A stretch of DNA of 64,000 nt, taken from the IMG/VR virus record IMGVR_UViG_3300010051_000510. One strand, given 5' to 3'. A model generated the notes under the pieces. The model was not told where the DNA came from. It was given only the letters and a program-made list of their open reading frames with translations, and did no database searches. A program made the position numbers and the translations under genes. Source of the stretch: an uncultured virus (IMG/VR IMGVR_UViG_3300010051_000510) (Duplodnaviria; Heunggongvirae; Uroviricota; Caudoviricetes). Positions 58,518 through 64,000 of this stretch are shown piece after piece (positions within the stretch are counted from its first letter, which is position 1; every line of letters begins with the position of its first letter).

Positions 58518-58811
58518 ATGATGACCAACATGACGGTCGACGTGTTCGAGCACATCGTCGGGTCCAGTTCGGATCCGTGGTACATCGCCGAGCGTTACGG
58601 CATCAGCAAGCGCGCAGTCGACATGATCCAGATGGGCCGCATCGACGTCGCCGACGCCGCCGGCTGCAACGCCCAGCAGATCGACGATCTCGCCCTGCGC
58701 GCGCTGGAGAAGCTGAACATGGAACGGATGCGCCAGCGCAGCCGCGCCCGCCAGACGCTGACCGCTCCGGCGCCCCGCAAGGGCCTGCTCGCTCGCCTCC
58801 TCGGCCGCTGA
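58518..58811 (+). CDS. HTH-like protein
   Basis: IAERYGISKRAVDMI. CGGA-TAAGGT-6nt-ATG. Confidence 0.65.
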   Translation: MMTNMTVDVFEHIVGSSSDPWYIAERYGISKRAVDMIQMGRIDVADAAGCNAQQIDDLALRALEKLNMERMRQRSRARQTLTAPAPRKGLLARLLGR

Positions 58812-58815
58812 CGCC

Positions 58816-59124
58816 ATGCCCGCCCTGCGGATGCATCGCCTGAACAAGGAGATGAGCACGATGGGCTGCTGGAGAGCGACCACCGGCGATCTGACGTTCT
58901 GGCTGTACAACATGTTCTCGATGGAAGCGCGGGTGCTCAACCGGGGAATCCGCAGCGGCTTTCGCCCGAGGCGGCAGATCACCGACGCCTGGAGAATCCG
59001 CGGCGAGAACACCGTCAGCCGGCAGGTGATCGGCGACAGCGATCTGCCCGACATGCGCTTCGCCACCCGCCGCGACGCGTTCCGGGCCCTGGAAGCGCAG
59101 CTGGCCGTCGAAGGCCGGCTCTGA
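58816..59124 (+). CDS. Paralog family A protein (N-terminal domain only)
   Basis: AWRI..SDLPDMRFATRRDAFRALEAQLAV. Confidence 0.65.
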   Translation: MPALRMHRLNKEMSTMGCWRATTGDLTFWLYNMFSMEARVLNRGIRSGFRPRRQITDAWRIRGENTVSRQVIGDSDLPDMRFATRRDAFRALEAQLAVEGRL

Positions 59125-59146
59125 CCGTCGCCCCTTCTGGCGCTGC

Positions 59147-59506
59147 TCAGCTGGCAGGTGGGGCGGCGAGCGCCCGCAGCTGAGCGACCACCGACTCGTC
59201 CAGGTACGTGGGGGTCAGCATCGTCATCACCGCGAGCGCCTCAGCGACGTTCTCCGCGGAGGTGACCCGGTTCTCCGTCAGCCAGCGGAACACCAGCACC
59301 GCATCCAGCACTCGCGCCGCCAAGCTCACGCTGCCCTCCAGCGGGCCGCGGGCCAGCAGCGAACGCGGGTTGCGGGCGTGCACGCCGGCGGCCGCGAGCG
59401 CAAGCAGATCCGCCTCATCGTCGCTGACGTCCATGAGGTCGGCCAGCATCCGGCCGATCACACCGGCCGCCGGATCCACATCCCGACTCAGACGTACCTC
59501 TTCCAC
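59147..59506 (-). CDS. Hypothetical protein
   Basis: TAGGTT-5nt-GTG, in frame with ORF 59147-59614. Confidence 0.55.
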   Translation of the reverse strand: MEEVRLSRDVDPAAGVIGRMLADLMDVSDDEADLLALAAAGVHARNPRSLLARGPLEGSVSLAARVLDAVLVFRWLTENRVTSAENVAEALAVMTMLTPTYLDESVVAQLRALAAPPAS

Positions 59507-59591
59507 GCATGAACCTACGCCCGCGCGCGGCTCCTCTGATCCGCGCGAAGGCGTCAGCGACATCCGGCAGCGGGGCGGATAACGTGCAGTC

Positions 59592-60116
59592 ATGAACGAC
59601 AACACGGCGAACATGAGCGGCCGTCGCGTTCATCTGATGGAACGAGACGGCGGGCGGTGCGTCTGGTGCTCGTGCAAGATCACCGACCGCAACTACTCCG
59701 CAGATCACATCATCACCCAGTTCGAGGGTGGCAGCTGGGCTCAGGAGAACCTCGTGCTGGCCTGCAAGCACTGCAATCAACGGCGCGGGCACACCGACCC
59801 GCTCGTGTGGGCTCGCGAGTGCGCCGACGCCGGCCAGAAGGTCCGGCTGAAAGTGCTGGCCCAGGCGATCAGCCGCAGCGCCCTGCCGATCTGCACCAAG
59901 GAAGGCGCTCAGCGCTACAACGCCGAATGCGCGCGCCTTGCCGGCCTGCGGCATGTGGACCGGCTGCTGAACACGATCATCGCCGACTTCCAAGCTGAGC
60001 AGCGACGCGCCGCGGGGGTGCTGCCCGCCAAGGAACGCCGGCGCATCGTGACCCGGTTTCACCGCGAGCTGCGTAAGCTGCCGACCGCGCCCGAGCCGGT
60101 CATCAAATGGCCGTGA
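59592..60116 (+). CDS. HNH endonuclease
   Basis: RDGGRCVWC..DHII..GG..NLVLACKHCNQRRG. Resembles 40148-40831. GCGGA-TAACGT-6nt-ATG. Confidence 0.85.
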   Translation: MNDNTANMSGRRVHLMERDGGRCVWCSCKITDRNYSADHIITQFEGGSWAQENLVLACKHCNQRRGHTDPLVWARECADAGQKVRLKVLAQAISRSALPICTKEGAQRYNAECARLAGLRHVDRLLNTIIADFQAEQRRAAGVLPAKERRRIVTRFHRELRKLPTAPEPVIKWP

Positions 60117-60334
60117 GCGAGCTGCGGCTGGTCCGCACCGGCTGCTGGCAGACCAGCGACTGTCATTTCCTGATCGCCCGCCGAAACGACGCGTGGCGGA
60201 TCGTCGCTCGCACCTAGCAGGCTTCCCGCGCGCTGCGCGACGCGGACCTGGCCGGCAAGCCGTTTCAGACCCGCCGTCAAGCGCACGCGACCGCTGACGC
60301 GATCACCCCCCGCGACGTAGGTTCACGACCATGA
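60113..60334 (+). pseudogene. Family A copy with a single in-frame TAG
   Basis: VSELRLVRTGCWQTSDCHFLIARRNDAWRIVART*QASRALRDADLAGKPFQTRRQA, with TAG at 60215-60217. Confidence 0.65.
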
Positions 60335-60981
60335 ACGAGGAGATCTTCGACGAGCTGACCGAGCAGGAGCTGCTGCTCGGGGTGATCGCCGCCGCCCGGC
60401 GCCTGCGCAACCCCAAGACCCGCTGGGTCAAAGGCGTGACCCGCCAGGAACGCTCCACCATCACGAAAGCCGCCGGCGCCGCGATCGCGAAGGCCGGCGC
60501 GCTGATCGCCCGAGACGCCGACGGCGAGGACATCTCCGATCAGGCGCTCACGCTCGCCCGCAGCGTCCTGGCGCTCACCACCGCCATGCACGCCCATGAG
60601 CAGGTCGCCGTTGAGGATCTGGCGAGACGGGTATGCGAGACCATCGACCGGGCCTCCGCGAAACCGACGGACCCGACGTCCGACACCGCCGTCCCGATGA
60701 TCCCCGTGACCCCGTCGATCCCCAAGGTCCCAACCATGCCGCTGCGTCCCTCGGTGGCGCCGCTGGCTCCCAGCGCACCGCCGAAGACGACGGGTGTCGG
60801 CGGCCCGTGGATCGGCGGGNNGACGCCGCGCTGGCCGCGGCCCAGCGGGCCGATCTGGCGCGATCACGGCACGATCTTCTCCTCGGCCGCCGCGCGCACC
60901 GGAACCGCCTACAACGCCTCCGGGGCAGCTTCGCTGGCCATGGTGTGCGCGCAGGAGCTGCTGGCGACATCCGCTCGGTAG
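60331..60981 (+). CDS. Hypothetical protein (contains NN at 60820-60821)
   Basis: TAGGTT-7nt-ATG. The frame past the ambiguous bases is uncertain. Confidence 0.6.
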   Translation: MNEEIFDELTEQELLLGVIAAARRLRNPKTRWVKGVTRQERSTITKAAGAAIAKAGALIARDADGEDISDQALTLARSVLALTTAMHAHEQVAVEDLARRVCETIDRASAKPTDPTSDTAVPMIPVTPSIPKVPTMPLRPSVAPLAPSAPPKTTGVGGPWIGGXTPRWPRPSGPIWRDHGTIFSSAAARTGTAYNASGAASLAMVCAQELLATSAR

Positions 60982-61053
60982 AGCCGATCGCGCCGGCTGC
61001 CCAGGCCACCGCATAAGTGGCAGTCAGCACAACCCCGGGTTGATACTTGGCCC

Positions 61054-61461
61054 ATGATGAGAGTGGCCGCCATCCACACCGTCGCCGCCATGGCGATCAT
61101 GAGCCTGCTGGCGGGCTGCGGCGGCGATGATCTCGGCATCGGCCGGGCCATGCACGACGCCAAGGAGAGCACGGCGAACGTGATGATCAGCGCGCACGGC
61201 AAACGCCGCCATCTCGTCTGCTCTGCCGACGTGCGCGCCGGGCGCACCGCCGCCGCGTGCGACGACCTGCTGCGTATCGCCGCGCTGCCCGAAGGCCGGC
61301 TGGACCGCCAGAACGCCGCCTGCTCCAAAGCGCCCGCCGCAAAGCGGATGACGGTCTCCGGCAACGTTCAAGGACACCATCGGGAGATCACGCTGGCCGC
61401 GGGCTGCGCGTTGGGACGGTCGGCCACGCAGCTTCTCGCGTATATCGGCGCCGGCCGCTAG
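61054..61461 (+). CDS. Lipoprotein, subtilisin-inhibitor (SSI)-like
   Basis: LAGC lipobox. LVC..AAAC..L..C..VSG..GC. Confidence 0.6.
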   Translation: MMRVAAIHTVAAMAIMSLLAGCGGDDLGIGRAMHDAKESTANVMISAHGKRRHLVCSADVRAGRTAAACDDLLRIAALPEGRLDRQNAACSKAPAAKRMTVSGNVQGHHREITLAAGCALGRSATQLLAYIGAGR

Positions 61462-61493
61462 ATCATTCGCGATTGCGCCCTTACGGTCAACGT

Positions 61494-62186
61494 ATGGGCA
61501 AGGGCAACGATCCGAACTGTCAGGCATCCGGATCCGCTGCGGCGATCGGATCGCCGACCGCGGACCTTCCGTCGATGCGCGAGGCGGAGATCGACGAGCT
61601 GTGGGCGGCGACCGCCGCACCTCTGAACAAGGCGATCAACGCGCTCATCGAGACGCGCAAGCAGCTGCGCAAGTACCGCCGAGCCGGCGCGGGAGCCGGG
61701 TTCCTGGAACGTCGCGAGACGGAGCTGGAAGCCAAGATCGAGGAGCTGAAGCCGGCCATGGAACCGTTCGAGGCCGAATGGGAACGCCGAGGCGGCTGGA
61801 CGCGCGCGTACCTGGTCATGAACGACGACGGGCACATTCACCGCGCCACCCACTGCTCCACGCTCCGCCCGACGACGATCGTCAGCTGGCTGCCTGAGCT
61901 GTCAGGCAAGTCGGAGGATGAGATCATCGACCACGCCGGCCACATGGCCTGCACGGTCTGCTACCCGGACGCGCCGACCCGCCCCTCCTTCCAGGCCAGC
62001 CTCAAGAAGGCCGAGGAGGAGAAGGCCAAGAAGAACGCCGGGCGCTGCCCCGGCTCCGGCATGCAAGGCGAAGGTGTCGACTGGACCAGGTACCGCCCCT
62101 ACGGCCGCTGCCCGCAATGCGGCGGCGCCTACGGCGTCTCCAGGAACGGGAAGCTGCGCCCGCACAAACCCGACAACGGCAAGTAG
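61494..62186 (+). CDS. Coiled-coil / zinc-binding protein with N-terminal MGKGNDPNC peptide
   Basis: TACGGT-6nt-ATG. GHIH..CSTL..CTVCYP, CPGSG..CPQC..H. Confidence 0.75.
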   Translation: MGKGNDPNCQASGSAAAIGSPTADLPSMREAEIDELWAATAAPLNKAINALIETRKQLRKYRRAGAGAGFLERRETELEAKIEELKPAMEPFEAEWERRGGWTRAYLVMNDDGHIHRATHCSTLRPTTIVSWLPELSGKSEDEIIDHAGHMACTVCYPDAPTRPSFQASLKKAEEEKAKKNAGRCPGSGMQGEGVDWTRYRPYGRCPQCGGAYGVSRNGKLRPHKPDNGK

Positions 62187-62968
62187 CTCAGCGTCGCCGG
62201 CGCGCGCCACTGCGCGTCTGCCGCGACAGCGCGGTCATCCTCGCCATCCGCTGCTCGGTCTGGGAGCGCTCACGCGCGGATGAGACACGAAGATCGCGAT
62301 GGAAGTCGAGGATCGCCTGCGAGATCGCGGCGTCCCCGGCGCGGCGGGTACGACTGACAGAAGACATCCTCACGGTGCTACCAGACCGCCAGAGCCCGTA
62401 AACCAAGCCCGGCCGCGTCTCAGCGGCCGGGTCCCACAATCAGAACGTACAGCCACCGTATCCGCCGCGCACAAGTTCTCATCTACTGCATGCCAGGCGC
62501 GGTAAGTCCTAGCAGGATGTCAGCGCGACTTTACGTGATGATGGGAGCCGCGGCGGTGCTGCTGGTGCTCGCGCTGCCGTTGAAGATGTGGGTGTCCGGC
62601 AAAGCCGACCACGCCCGCCGCGCCCTGGACAATACCCAGCACGCCCAGCAGGCTGCGATCGCCCAGACCGGACGTCCACAGCCTCAGCTGCTGAACTTGC
62701 AGCTGTACGACCCCCAATGGGACCCGCACCTGGCCCGGACCGCCGGCGTGCGAGTGAAGCTGTTCGACAGCGGCCGCTGCTACGAGCTGACGGTCGGCGA
62801 CGGCCGCGACGCGCTGAGACGCACCGGCTGCGCACCGGAACGCAACCCCGCCGGTCGCTGAACCCGCCAAGTTCTCCCGCGGTGAGCTGCGCGTACGCGC
62901 GCGGGCGAGGAACGCGGATAGCGTGCAGGGCAGAGACGGCATCTGACACGTCTCGAAGGACCAACCCA

Positions 62969-63310
62969 ATGAAGACTCACTCATCCACCCGCCGCTTGCG
63001 GGTCCTCAAGGGCGGCTGGCTGCCCAAACTTCAACCGATCCCGATCGACGGGAGCACCGCGGGCCGCTGGGCCCTGGACGGCTACGCCGACCTGTTCCTG
63101 TTCCGCCGCGACGACGACCGCCGCTGGGTGATCTGGTCGCCCGCCGGCAGCAGCGCCGAACGGATCCTCACCGAGCACGGCCTCGCCGACCGCACCTTCC
63201 AGACCCGCAAAGCCGCTTTGCAGGCGGCCGCTCCGATCATCCACCTCACCCAGGACGACCAGCCCGCTGAGTCCGAAGACAGCCTCACCGCGCTCTTCGC
63301 CGCCGCGTGA
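62969..63310 (+). CDS. Paralog family A protein (N-terminal domain only)
   Basis: RWALDG..RWVI..LTEHGLADRTFQTRKAALQA. SD GAAGGA. Confidence 0.65.
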   Translation: MKTHSSTRRLRVLKGGWLPKLQPIPIDGSTAGRWALDGYADLFLFRRDDDRRWVIWSPAGSSAERILTEHGLADRTFQTRKAALQAAAPIIHLTQDDQPAESEDSLTALFAAA

Positions 63311-63382
63311 CCTCCCGCGTATGATGACCGACCATCCTCACGCGCAGCTGCCGGCCGGGCCCGCAACGGGTAGGTTCGCAGC

Positions 63383-64000
63383 ATGAGCATCCTGATCGCC
63401 GGCGCGGGCTCCGGCCTTCCCTCCCGTGGCCACAGGATCCCCGCGGGCGCGCCCGGGCTCAGCATGCTCCCTGGCGCCGCGGACATCCCCGACCCTGAAG
63501 CGGTGCTGGCCCACCAGGTTCTGACCACCGTGCTGTGGATGTCGCGGCGCACCGCCAGGATCGCCGAAGGCCCCTACGACACCTCCGTCGACGCGGCTGG
63601 ACGCAAAGCGCTGCAGGCGGCCGCCGCCAAGCTCGCCAAGCATCCCGAGAAGCTGCTGGAGAAGGTCAACGCCGGCGGCCTGACCCAGCAGGACTTCGAC
63701 GTCAAAGCGCGGGTTCTGGCTCGTGCGATCTGGCGTATGGAAGGGGCCCTGGCGATCGACGATCCGCTCAGCGCCGTCGACGTCGAAACCGAGGCCGGCT
63801 CCCCGCCCGCCGGTGACCCGCTCACGAACGACGATGCGATGAACGACCTGCTCGCCCAGATCTACCAGCACCTCGCCGGCCAGACGATCCCGGTGGCGGT
63901 CACCCGCGACCGCAAGATGTACGTCGTCCGCGCCGGCAACGCGGAGATGGGCAGCGTCGCGCTGGCCCGCCGAACGAGGCTGAGCGACGCGCGCGGCATC
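63383..64000 (+). CDS. Hypothetical protein, truncated by the window end
   Basis: TAGGTT-6nt-ATG. Open to 64000. Confidence 0.65.
   Translation, partial: MSILIAGAGSGLPSRGHRIPAGAPGLSMLPGAADIPDPEAVLAHQVLTTVLWMSRRTARIAEGPYDTSVDAAGRKALQAAAAKLAKHPEKLLEKVNAGGLTQQDFDVKARVLARAIWRMEGALAIDDPLSAVDVETEAGSPPAGDPLTNDDAMNDLLAQIYQHLAGQTIPVAVTRDRKMYVVRAGNAEMGSVALARRTRLSDARGI

Noticed and set aside
60820..60821. NN within a CDS as a biological feature
   Set aside because: Assembly ambiguity only.
1218..63383. Integron attC sites or CRISPR repeats explaining the recurring intergenic motif
   Set aside because: The motif is short, has no inverted-repeat structure or regular spacing, and sits at a fixed distance from start codons like a -10 box. 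No integrase or cas genes are present.
1..64000. Genome-wide stop-codon reassignment
   Set aside because: Recognisable genes are intact in code 11 and end at TAG (ligase, NADAR, macrodomain), TGA (Sir2, ClpS) or TAA (release factor).

Overview
A high-GC, very gene-dense 64 kb stretch of mostly short ORFs that switch strand often. I see no rRNA, tRNA, CRISPR array, transposase, integrase, or virion or conjugation genes. It reads as the accessory region of a large actinobacterial extrachromosomal element (megaplasmid or jumbo-phage-like), with a few genes resembling Solirubrobacterales/Thermoleophilia families (inference from recall, not a search). Recognisable cargo: HNH-RNA ligase fusion, MoxR-like AAA ATPase and VWA/metallopeptidase, EVE-like plus PD-(D/E)XK nuclease, ATP-dependent DNA ligase, Sir2, ClpS, NADAR, macrodomain, NUDIX-like, HNH nucleases, Fic, LOG, RlmN-like radical SAM, and several secreted enzymes. 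Main findings: (1) an RF2-scaffold release factor with SRF in place of SPF, whose prfB-style +1 frameshift cassette carries UAG instead of UGA (AGGA-CGT-CTT-TAG-C, 39172-39185); (2) a shared N-terminal peptide MGKG[DN]DPN(S)C on three unrelated proteins; (3) about 45 genes with a stereotyped TANNNT box mostly 5-7 nt before the start codon, implying leaderless single-gene units; (4) a dispersed paralog family of about 12 members, two with internal stops; (5) a set of ADP-ribose/NAD-handling genes. Many starts were moved from the ORF track to the promoter-defined codon. All protein calls come from motif recognition by eye.
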